Shown: piece after piece, positions 24,501 through 32,879 of the stretch | Position numbering within the stretch: position 1 is the stretch's first letter | Layout of the letters: each line of letters opens with the position of its first letter | Source: Amphiscolops sp. MND2022 | Taxonomy: Eukaryota | DNA: 64,000 nucleotides | Assembly (NCBI GenBank): GCA_964187785.1 | Contig: OZ076409.1 | Coordinates: 11,224,001-11,288,000, forward strand | Reading direction: 5' to 3' | Translations under genes and position numbers: made by a program | The notes under the pieces: generated by a model | What the model was told of the DNA's origin: nothing | Seen by the model: only the letters and a program-made list of their open reading frames with translations | Database searches by the model: none

Positions 24501-27500
24501 ACCGGGTCATCTTGTATGACGCTTTTGCAAATACAACACTTTTCACCTCTAGTTGAGGCCAGGAATTGCTCTTGTTGAGTTTTAGTGAGCACATCACTTA
24601 GAAATCTGTACCTTTGTCTCTCTGAGTCACACCAGGCATTCCACTTGCGAAGGCAGTTCATCAACTTTTCGATGCAATCTTCTCCGCGGTAAAAAGATTC
24701 ATCGACAACTTTGTTGCTTTGAGAATCAACCAAAACAGCTCCATAGCTCGCAGGTAGCTGTTTCTCAATCAGAACAGTTTTGCTGCCGCTCTGAATAAAC
24801 ATCGGAACGTTGAGAGCTTCTAAATCTGCATAAACGACAAAATGACACTTCTGAGTTATTTCCCAGTTTGAGAAAGTCAGTTTCAGATGCTCACTGGGCA
24901 TCACAATCCTCAAAGGTTGATTGTCATCACAAAGTCGAGCATGTTCCATGAATTTTTGCTTCCCAATAGACTGCATGCAGTTCACGCAAAACTTCGTTTT
25001 GGGACCCTTGGCAGCTCGTTTTGGAGATCTGCATACTTTATGCATGAAAGCTTGAAAATTAGTTATCAGACAATAGTGCGAATTGAAGCCATCCAAAAGT
25101 AAAAGCAAAAAAATCTTTGGATATTTCCCTCTGTTTCTACTTCGATGACAACAGATGAGTCCTCCCTGCTCATCGAAATTAAACACTGTTATGGAGAGAT
25201 TATTGTCGCTTTCAAATCTTGCGATATCCTTAAGTTTCATAGGCATCATTGACTCGCTGAATTTGAGACGATTAAATTTGTCACGGTATTGAGAAGGCCT
25301 TTCGCGATTTTTGGACCGAGGATAAAGGTACGCGAGAATACAATATATGAAGCAGAAATTGTCAAACAAGTTTTTGATATTAAGCAGACATTTACGCATG
25401 CCCTCAAGTTTTGCTGGGGTTGGCAGAAAAGAAGTTCCAGCAAGTGATCTTGTATGACAAATTTTGATATCTAAAGATGAAAGCTGTTTAAGAATCCAAC
25501 CTGAACCACCGGAGCAGAAGACGTTGAGTTGTCTCAAAACTTGGTCAATCAACTCATCAAAGTCTGCGTTGTCGATCGACTCAACAGCTCGCACCAAACG
25601 TGATGAGAAGTGGGGAGATATAGTTTCTTCGGTACATGGTTTTGATAATACAACTTGCAAACACAGACCAACGCGGGATATTCCTTGGTTGGTTATTTCC
25701 TGGTCAATCAAAAGTCCGATATTGGCTCGATTACTCCATATAAAGGCCAATGGATCAACACTTTCAGTTTGAACATCTAGTCGCAAAATTTTGAAGTGAG
25801 AATTCAAGGCTAACACTGTTTTAGAAACCTGCGGAATCGAGGCCCAATTGACTTCTGTTGTAGTTGTCATTGTGGACGAAGATACAACAGGGTGCTCCCT
25901 GCTCTTGTGCGCGTGGAGATAGGACTCGTTTCCAAAAATTTTTGGGCAAGCATTACATTGAATGCTTTTATTGAATTTGTGAATATTCCTCAGATGGCGG
26001 ATCAAATTCTTCGAAGAAGTACATGTTACTTCACAATGTCCACAACTGAAAGACCATAGAGAGGGCTCTTTTTTGTGAACAGCTCTGATATGTTTGAAAA
26101 GAAGTCGTTTGGTTTGGAAGTTGTCTCGGCAGTCTGGGCAAGGAAACATTCTGGCAGTGGGTCAATCAAAAACTGAACGTTAAATGATGGGTGAAAATTT
26201 GAAAAAGTATTCCATAAACCAAAAAAGAACAAAAGAAGTACTTTTCGAAACATGCCAGATCAAATTTAATTTTCACCCATCATTAGAGTAGATGTTAGAG
26301 AAGTAGGTTATTCAAATGCATGTCTATCATTCAGTAGCTAAACTTTAAAGGATTCTCAGTTGTGTTAATTATATACCAAGAAGAATACTTAGGTTCACCA
26401 AAGTTGAACGAAAGTCGAGTTATCAAGGTTCATCGACAAATATAGACAACTGAGAAGAAAATTTGAAGTCCAACATTATCGAAATCAATTCAATTGACAT
26501 TGCATAATTAATTACTTCTAGGCAGACTCGTAAATGACCAGATTCTCAGTTATGTTTATTCGATAGAGAAAAGATCGTTTAGGTTCATTATTAAAGTTGA
26601 GCTGAAGTCAGCTTATCAGGGTTCATTAGCTTATTTGGACAATGTGTGAAACAGTTTTGACATTATCAAAATGAACTCGGAAAAACTTCGGGCCCTTTGA
26701 AAAACAAAGGTGTCAAAAAATTTGAAAAGTGACAAAAGATGAGATAAAAGTCGGCTGGAAAGGAGTATAAAAGGTGCACACTTGGAATATATCTTGATTG
26801 AAGTTCCTGTTGAAAAACGCTCAATATTGGTTTTTAAAACTCTGCATCGTTGAAATTTCCAAATCATCAACCATGAACAACTTCTTTTCAATATTGATTC
26901 ATGAATCAAGAGAGGTCACGGTTCGCGAAACACGAAAACCCGGACAAGAGAGCAGCATCGAAATAAAGGTTCTCAAGAAGCGAGTTGACGAATTTGGCGA
27001 AGCTGGCGGGGTGATCGGCACCGAGGCTTCCTTCCCTGAGAAGGCCTTCACGAAACTGATGAGAATCAACTGGACATTAATTTTCTTCGGGATGCTGGGC
27101 AACGGTGAATTGCCTCAGGAGATGCTGGTGCCGACCCCCGCCGACGAGGACGCAGGGCTCCGTATGGAATCCCGTTTCACGTCAATAATTTTCTCTGAAG
27201 TCGGTAAGCATGAACATATTAAATAGGATTACTGTTGGTCAAAGAGAGAGGGACTCAGGCAAATTAGTCTTGAATCGAGCTTGAAAGATCACTAACATAT
27301 TCAGTGCAACCCTTTTCTTTGGGCGCTTGTGCCTCACAAGACGATGAATTTATCAAGATGACTTAGGTTGTATTGAAGTGCTTTGTTTCAATTCGATAAC
27401 ACTGTTCTCATTTCATGTTTAGGAGAGAAGACAGCATTCAGGGCGTCAGTGAACATATACAACTCGAACATACATACAAAGAAGAGTGTGTATGTTACAA

Positions 27501-30500
27501 TGAAGGCCTTCCGTTGGGAGCCCGAATGGTCACAATTCAATCGAGTTGGGCAAGTAATTACGCTGCATCATTGTGAGATGATGCGGCTGATTACGGAATA
27601 TAACGCCTATCTGGATAGAATTGTCGCTCCTTCTGGTAAGCCAACGGGAGATAGCACTTGCGAGGAGGAAGACCGACCCTTGTCACTACTGAAAGCTGGG
27701 ACGTCAAAGCGCACTAAAAAGACAGGATCTTCCTCCTCGCAAGTGCAAAAGAAAATACCAAAAAAGACGGCCCTTGCGGAAGGGACTTCAACGACGCCCG
27801 CAGTTGATGCCCCAAAGGAGACCACTAGCGAAGAAATCACTATCGAAGATAGTGAGGATGAAAACTAATTGTATAGATACAATTGATTTGTATTATTTTA
27901 TTCAGTACCTAATTGTATATTGTTATATTACCTTAAAGTTTTGCTGCTAGTTAGCAAATGACGCATCAAGTTTGAAAAATACATCAAGTATTTCGAGTAA
28001 AAACAGTGAAAAAAGAAAGTCATCATGAGAGCGGTTTTCAAAGTGACTGCGATCAGATTCGATCCGCGTTCAAAATACATTTCAAATTTTCAAATTGATC
28101 TAAAGATGAAAATTGAAGTAGGGAAATGTCCGAAAGTAGAAATTCATTTTAATTCCAAAATTGGTTTGAGCAAAACCCCTTGCTCCAATGCTTACTAAAC
28201 GCGCCGTGCCGGCGCGCTGTTCCTTGCGGCCCAGTATTACGAATTACATGAATTCCATCGTGGTCTACACCACTAGGCTACAGGCGCACTGATTTAGAAT
28301 GAAATTGGAAGACTGTAATTAGCAGCGAGAAGAATTGATAAAAGCGATGAAAGCAGTATTGGGAATGAGAAACATCAAATAGAATTAAATTGAGAATACA
28401 GCTATTCGGTGTGGTGGCCGTTCAAACTTCGATGACATTGAATAACTCTAGGGTTGAATTGAAACAGCATTGCAATTCAATCATTCCAAAACACATAGCA
28501 TTGAATAAAATCAAACATTGGAAAGAATGATTAGCAGTAACACTTACATCGATAGTTCGAGTTTGTATAAATCGAATAAGTTCAAGGTTAAACAGAAATT
28601 TGCGAAAAATGCAGAATTTTGTGGAAAAACAATAGGGAGAAACGAAAGTGTGCGAATACCCCTACCAACGTATACTACTATCGGACATTTTGAAAAGAGA
28701 TCAAAAACGTTTTTGAGAACGGGATTTCAGGGATAACTTCAGTGTCGGTGTAAAATGAGAAATGACACAATTCAATAAAACTTCCTAGTCAGATTTTTGA
28801 CACCGCTAGTCAGCCAATTAGCGCCCGCACATGAATTTTCTTCAGTGATTTCATTTGCGATTCAAATTGGCGGTAACAGATAGAATGTCCAAAATCAGAA
28901 TTTCCTTAAAATCTTGCATGAGGTTTCAAGATGCATATCAAAAATTTGCAACTGTTTCCCTTGTAAACCTCACACAGTACAAAAAATTCCAGTCTTGTTT
29001 TTCTTGCGAAACTAAATCAGGTTATGATTCAAAGATAGCTGAAGTCAAACATTTAATATTTTGGAGAAATTTTTTTTTCAGCGAAACAGCTATTTTATTT
29101 CTGCGATAGCAGGAATATAGAAATCTCAACGACGCAACTCTTTTTTCAGCCGAGTTTTCGTTCGTGATTCCGAGTACCTACTGAAAAATTCAGATGGTTT
29201 GTTCGGTAGTGATTATAACTGTGAGATTTAAATTTCTCAAGCTGCCGACAACAATTCGTTTCTCGTGCGATGAAACGAGCGAGTGTTAATTATGCATTCG
29301 TACCCCGAGTTATTGAAATGAAGCGAACGAGTGTTAACTGGTAGTTCGCCGAGAGCTTCATCTGCATTCAAATGTGAATGCGAAACTTCGTCCACGCTTA
29401 ATAGTTATATTTTCTTTAGTCCGAGAAGAATTAAAAGCGGTGTAAACTAGTACAGTGATTAATTGCGCGCTATATAATGATTAAACAGGATTTTTTGGTT
29501 ATTCCAGATATGTTTTATTAATGAACATGAAAGCCTAAAAAGCAAATAATACTGTGCCCCAGAGGGGCCTATTTGTAATTAGCGATTAGCAGAAACATTA
29601 GTGGTGTCAAAACCCCATTCTTAGTACACCAAAATGAGTAGTGGTGCCTATTCGCGGTTACAACGCAGCTGCTGTAATTGGAGATATTGATTACTTTTGT
29701 CTCTGCTATGAATGTGTAGAGCTTGAAGACCCAGCTACCCACGATTACGGAGCCCAGAATGTCTAGTGTGTAGTGATTGTGGGCCAGCAAGATGAGCGTC
29801 GAGATTGCCAGGGCTGTGAGGCCGTTGATTTTGCGCGCCAGACACCATTTGGGTGGCATGTAGTGGGAAAGCTAATGGCCAACAGAAATGTCAGTAATTA
29901 ATCAATTCATTATGTAACCAGAAGCTGCTTTCCTTTTTACATGTGAAAATATCCTCGTTTTCTATGATCCCCAAATCTCATTTTCTTCTTTCCTAATTCT
30001 CTTGTTAGTAAATGCAATAGCGTGAGCAAAAACAACAGAAGTACAAGAATCGTATTTTAAAGTGTCTATTTTAAGACTATTTTTTCTTTGGATATTTTTA
30101 TCCTGTTGAAATCAAGGCGCGACATACCCTTTGGGTTCTTTTCTGTTTTCTCCCCCACCACCAAAATTTTTGAAAATAACTTTCCTTAAAAATTTTAGAC
30201 TATCCTAATTAAAAGTAAAACCTTCTTTCATAACAGGAAGTTAACTACTATTAGAGTAGTTTTCCGCTTGAACAAAACATTGTTCACGCATTTTGACTAT
30301 AATTATGTTCGTCTTAAGTGTCTGTTGATGACTCAAAACAGGAAGCTGTTGATTTTTTCATCAAAAAAGCGTGACTGCATGTGGAAAAAGTGTGAACAAA
30401 GTTTGTATCTGAATCCTAAACTATCACCTTGAGAATAAGTTTAAAACAGAAGCTTTCTGGTTTGTATTCAAATCTATTTGTTATAATATTTTCACTAATT

Positions 30501-32879
30501 TTCCAAAAAAAATTTGGTGGTGGAGGGGGGGAACAGAAAAGAGCCGAATCGTGATTAGCTACGTCACATACCGATAGCGCCCTGACTGCAGGAGCAAAGC
30601 CAAGCGGAGCGACGTGCCACTACTGGTCCAGTGGCTGGTTTTGACGATGGCCGAGTCATAAAACCAATGTTTTGACTCCATTTTATTTAGGAGATTCCAA
30701 CCTAGGAGATTTTGACATGTAACCAGTCAAAATCATGCACAGCATCTTGGTGGCCTGTCAAAACTCGATTACATAATGCATGCTGCATAATTACATAATT
30801 GTGACATGCCTGATAATAAATGATGACTGCCATGAGAGCGTGTCCGCTGAAGAAGTAGTTTCCACACATGTGGCCCCCGAATATGGAGAGTCCCGCTGCG
30901 CTCCACAGGAGTAGCACCCGCTGCATCACTTCCGGGAACCCGGTCGCCTTGGGGGCACACTCCATCGTGTACTGGGAGCGGGGCAGCACGTCGGCCCAGA
31001 TACAGATGATGCGCAGCATGAAACAGATCGACTGAACCACCAGACATCGTCGGGCCAGCACGAAACGTCTTCTGTGGAGAACCACGAAAATTATTAACCT
31101 GTAGCAAAAATGTATCTTTTTTTCAAAAAACCAACATTCGTTGATATTCTAATTTCTTGCTCCGGCGAAGATTTTAGTTCAGTGTAATAATTTAAAAAAG
31201 CTTTGATAATTTCCAAATGACAAAATTTATGCTTCCGAAGGTACAGGAAAGACCAAAAGGTCCCATATTTAGTGTTTTTTTCGGCACTATGCTACTTTTT
31301 GCACATGACGAAGTCAATGTGCATTGCAGTCCAGCTAAGTAAGTTTTTTTTCCACTATAGTCAATTTCATAATGAGCGCTTTTTAGATAAAAGCCAAAAC
31401 CCCAGAGAGATTCGAACCTGCAGCCTCCCGATTGCACGGCATGTGTTGACCACTGTGCCATAGGGACGTTATTGAACAAAGTTGAACTGTTGAATATATA
31501 CGCATGCGATTAAAATAATATGTACGCATATTAAAATAATCGATGTCTTCGTCATGTGTTGCGAAGCACCGCTTCGCCTCTGTGTTGATGTTTTAAACCC
31601 GAAGTGTCCCCTTTGATTTTAGCAGGAACAAACTGTTTTTGAGGAGAATAGGGATCCCCTTAGGAGTTCTTGGACACTGTGTGACTTATCGAAGTCCGCA
31701 CCGACTTCGGCACAAATTTCGGGTTCTTGGGACCGATGAGACTTTTCTCAATAATTGCGGAAAAGACTTCGGCTCGGTGCGACTTTTTACAATTGTGTTT
31801 TAACTAAACGTTTGTTGCTTCGGTTTTCTAATGTTTTCAGTTTATAAAACATGTTTTGAGACTAAAGGGTCTTATCCTTTCTTACCCTTTCGGTAATTTC
31901 GGCACAGACTTTTTCGAACAAAATTTTCAGAGAAGACAAATTCGGCTCTTTGCCAGGAAGACAAATTCTTGAATTTTGTCAAAGGGTACCCCTTTGAGTT
32001 ATTTGAAGTTTTCGGTTTGTAAAAAACGTTTAATGAGCCTAAAGTGTCTCTTGGGTTTTTCGGCATTATGCGACTTTTTTACCAAATACTTTTTTTTAAA
32101 AAAAATTATTCCCAAATGTTTCCAAAAGTTGTTCCTTGAATATTTTTGAGCCTTAGATATGGCGCCGACTTGGGCCGTTCCCGGCTTGTTTTTTTTAAGA
32201 CCAACGAAGTGACAGATTTTATAAGCTTTATAAGCTGACTTGAACTAACACTAAATGCCACACTATTTCTACTAACACTTGAGATAGAGGTTAATTAGGC
32301 TGTTTTTAGGTCCCCTTTTACGTTTTTCGGCACTATGCGACTTCCCGGGGACCAAAAAAAATTTCGAATTTTTCATTTTTTTCCTCATGCGGGTACTGTA
32401 GAAGAGAATACTTGACACTTTGAAGTCCTTTTGCTATTTTTGAGCCTTAGATATGGCGCCGACTTGGGCCGTTCCCGGCTTGTTTGATATTTTCAGTTGC
32501 TATTTCAGTTTGATATTTTCTAATATAGCCATGTTCATTGAATGTACAAAAGTTGTGACACAAACCCAACTTGATACGAGAATAATAGAAATTCCGATAA
32601 AGGAGCCGCTACGTGCTCTATTGGACGAAGATCCAAAATGGAGTCCCTCAAAACAGGAGCTTCGATGTTGAGTCTTTCGTTGGACATGGTGATGGTAAAC
32701 ATAACGAAGAGTTCAACTAGCTGGAAAAGTAAAAAGCTGCATGTAACCAGACGTATTTCACCAGCTACATGTTTTCCTTTGTACTTCCTCGGTTTTTCAG
32801 GCTCAATTTCACCAAGTTTGTCCGAATTATCCGCGCATGGAGTGTCAAGAAGGGCTTTTATCTCTTCTGAGTCCGCCAT
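12508..32879 (-). CDS. Sphingomyelin synthase family (SMS/SGMS-like) gene, 4 coding exons, ~320 aa: 32879-32566, 31098-30810, 29871-29695, 12690-12508
   Basis: Motifs ERL..PVLRD (D1), RRCLVVQSICFMLR..LP (D2), CGNYFFSGH (D3), HYTLD (D4), and C-terminal FWRPLVEFFEKD. Exon lengths 314+289+177+183=963 nt join in frame. Intron 2 needs a GC donor (CAG|GCATGT); intron 3 contains the Polinton. Confidence 0.85.
13287..13333 (+). repeat. Polinton left terminal inverted repeat (47 bp)
   Basis: AGTAGTATACGTTGGTAGGGGTATTCGCACACTTTCGTTTCTCCCTA, the exact reverse complement of 28633-28679. Confidence 0.97.
13905..14798 (+). CDS. Polinton accessory protein with HUH-like motif and Cys-rich C-terminus
   Basis: 297-aa ATG ORF; FCVALH...GRLHYHVILY resembles the HUH motif II of rolling-circle Rep/NS1 proteins; CCCHDCC near the C-terminus. 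Function is inferred only. Confidence 0.7.
   Translation: MTSTTKEFSTERMRYLLYETNEVFTQKTWDSSDQDDSVTEPIPRKEYNPLRNTNHLVESLKKFLEWVIDYSNLEFCVALHAKEDDANEMDICQSYGRLHYHVILYSVKFPKTLDKIIKKNFTTTLEETMNSQNNYRIEMFNTNSSSFRREFLRNTKTLVTHGPSIQQHLKGLNHTSSRNHVDCIWDKCQKSGRYEASRDTIIDRTKILDNVEELEKSASQFKHVIPDIVNFLTQNSYGSFTNSQHSSVLKVSLDLTDAQCCCHDCCFPETQTPESRNYQFIDEGTVLFEQSFDCIFS
14829..15251 (+). CDS. Parvovirus/adintovirus-type phospholipase A2-like protein
   Basis: YGGLIGPGNS (cf. Ca-binding loop YLGPGN) followed by HAVFHDAFG (cf. catalytic AxxHDxxY); first ATG at 14829. Confidence 0.7.
   Translation: MLFSEYLDIQQVIKNFDELVIIFPQNKVSKNAFLAVCQGIDPTRDLAAINVECEYGGLIGPGNSFLHPLLQKFKLFRVHAVFHDAFGFMKEKYNLGPGYVYTLGEEPLFKNSCLLGHFTGLFLWMYLKLTQSQIYSELPF
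15268..15555 (+). CDS. Small Polinton protein, possibly PC4-like
   Basis: 95-aa ATG ORF in the tightly packed cluster; beta-rich pattern ending VPLTLEELLQL. Confidence 0.55.
   Translation: MSAASSKLPNTSLQLSLNSKVFIQYNHQNHFCIYLEKIDSGVCPLNKYRLRHLVPLTLEELLQLSEASKILCSTLEYNYNLSKKREYPDAKPSRK
15533..15844 (+). CDS. Small Polinton membrane protein (two predicted TM segments)
   Basis: Hydrophobic stretches VLLLHYFIVFLVVAASIGFLFL and IGVVAIISAYLGYII; the stop overlaps the ATPase ATG (ATGA at 15841). Confidence 0.65.
   Translation: MPNHLANKKAKDQPDTPISVTGGSLIFDNDENERPPWKLQCCCIRKECERSLQVLLLHYFIVFLVVAASIGFLFLKQSENKGSIGVVAIISAYLGYIIPSPRQ
15841..16535 (+). CDS. A32/FtsK-like genome packaging ATPase
   Basis: Walker A GPSGSGKT, Walker B LVIFDD, GRH motif. 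The likely start ATG 15841 (MNKIIST) is 1 nt out of frame with ORF 15879-16535. Confidence 0.93.
16501..16860 (+). CDS. Conserved basic Polinton protein
   Basis: FCNCLFNIKEG...LKKNKLLIQQL...KRELL pattern resembles the small basic protein found near the ATPase/integrase in Mavericks. Confidence 0.6.
   Translation: MMIPSQHLYTIELFSSFKPILKRHFILHCSDDIKLFCNCLFNIKEGAIELKNVKPSTLKKNKLLIQQLCSPKIRLAVKRELLASKQGQTLLRLLKTSILRYLKLQCYEQANKAVCTCAS
16820..17474 (+). CDS. Polinton protein of unknown function (one frameshift near 17225)
   Basis: ORF 16820-17293 (MSKPTKRFVLVP...) continues in the frame of 17232-17474 (...LWVERF*). Confidence 0.55.
17474..18651 (+). CDS. Retroviral-type (rve) integrase with N-terminal 2A-like peptide and PHD finger; several frameshifts
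   Basis: LIRAGIELNPGP; PHD C..C...CHVCGWVHFKC...CPWC; DDE motifs WSGDLAD, WVDKGKEF, AERYIRTLK. After a shift near 18300 it continues RYIDQLQNFV...IGDTVR...FTEEIFEI...EGKFYEAEL..., ending at TGA 18651. Confidence 0.92.
18681..19511 (+). CDS. Minor capsid protein (penton)
   Basis: FTINLISNASMQVFPANTMAQFTTLLP...GDWEVAI; MFLYCDLIQNEVLGDAQTALLRVIP; ITIRLYDESGQLMPF, typical of Polinton penton. Confidence 0.88.
   Translation: MEQTFTINLISNASMQVFPANTMAQFTTLLPHRIELAGDWEVAILEASWPAKVKNITSAAFTLICFDKKSKRPTRPKHNGTIPDVYYPNVDILMTKLIQSVYQRNDTNFPVSWKVDPVSGKIEVFFHSQELEDQFWLLFKSSDLSNTLGITDTICCTIQSQLGKGYAVQGTYPVDLQGGRHTMFLYCDLIQNEVLGDAQTALLRVIPLNQRDAVSNATCYRNFQKLQWKKLTRSNFQSITIRLYDESGQLMPFVSVGRTNLTLAFRRRSGHSSSFN
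19560..20007 (+). CDS. Gly/basic-rich core (protein VII/PZ-like) virion protein, frameshifted
   Basis: MDAYYASQ...FHG..RQFGSGAGLG...AMPLLK start; across shifts near 19780 and 19850 it continues to a basic tail ending RSRADILTKVRFANSSNS*. Contains a (CGG)n run at ~19850-19870. Confidence 0.7.
20013..21355 (+). CDS. Major capsid protein (double jelly-roll, hexon-like), two frameshifts
   Basis: ATG 20013 (..HSALDF), then NTLHSLFSHAEVFIDG...NNAYHHAAFIET, ILLPGITLHIRLHRS and FVLVFDLT motifs in ORFs 20116-20586 and 20519-21355. Confidence 0.88.
21374..21865 (+). CDS. Adenain-like cysteine (maturation) protease
   Basis: IVNT...PGKHW (His), FWDSLG (Asp), LQSNYSNCCGLYC (Gln, Cys). Confidence 0.93.
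   Translation: MDTWALQKLALKCSHLIETFRGVWSADNFPLMNEDDASPSFQIVNTEASNKPGKHWILLCKRTKSGIGAIIFWDSLGKRPRKYKVLFERLNEIYKTIVVFNHPLQSNYSNCCGLYCILVAHYLPLSDNNKAAAQMLPKKMVDECSLIRFINYHYNTAFTFVVI
21880..26149 (-). CDS. polB: Protein-primed family B DNA polymerase with N-terminal C2H2 fingers; one frameshift at the T9 run (23808-23816); predicted spliced C-terminal exons 22291-22133 and 22058-21880
   Basis: Three C2H2 fingers; GSGW region; DNFCF..HYCLI (OTU-like Cys/His); ExoI YADLE; HHCH..G..AH..CNL (endonuclease VII-like); HNLSRYD; FLDS; KGYFPY; DVTSLY; KLLSNACFGK; YKDTDS. The unspliced stop is at 22330. Confidence 0.93.
26766..26772 (+). promoter_or_regulatory. Candidate TATA box of the right-hand Polinton gene
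   Basis: TATAAAA about 100 nt upstream of ATG 26873. Confidence 0.4.
26873..27868 (+). CDS. Spliced Polinton gene (26873-27203 + 27423-27868, 258 aa), probable PC4-like ssDNA-binding protein
   Basis: Donor G|GTAAGC at 27204 and acceptor TTTAG|GA at 27422 join the two ORFs in frame. RASVNIY...VYVTMKAF...VITLHHCEMMRL follows the PC4 pattern; basic then acidic low-complexity tail. Confidence 0.65.
28633..28679 (-). repeat. Polinton right terminal inverted repeat (47 bp)
   Basis: ...CCCCTACCAACGTATACTACT followed by the TSD ATCGGA. Confidence 0.97.
30132..30546. mobile_element. MITE-like element (~410 bp); related copies at ~35230-35632 and ~39903-40640
   Basis: Inverted ends TCTTTTCTGT..CCACCACCAAAATTTTTG / AAATTTGGTGGTGG..ACAGAAAAGA; interior clearly similar to 35230-35632. 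Confidence 0.65.
31301..31582 (+). mobile_element. HINE-like family B with an internal tRNA-like module; second copy at 47558-47840
   Basis: Sub-terminal IR CACATGACGAAG / CTTCGTCATGTG; 3' hairpin GCGAAGCACCGCTTCGC; minus-strand A box TGGCACAGTGG and B box GGTTCGAATC. Confidence 0.7.

Larger units (their letters stand above)
13287..28679. mobile_element. Full-length Polinton/Maverick (adintovirus-like) element, 15,393 bp
   Basis: Perfect 47-bp TIRs beginning AGTAGT; 6-bp TSD ATCGGA at 13281-13286 and 28680-28685; carries pPolB, integrase, ATPase, adenain, MCP and penton genes. Confidence 0.97.
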
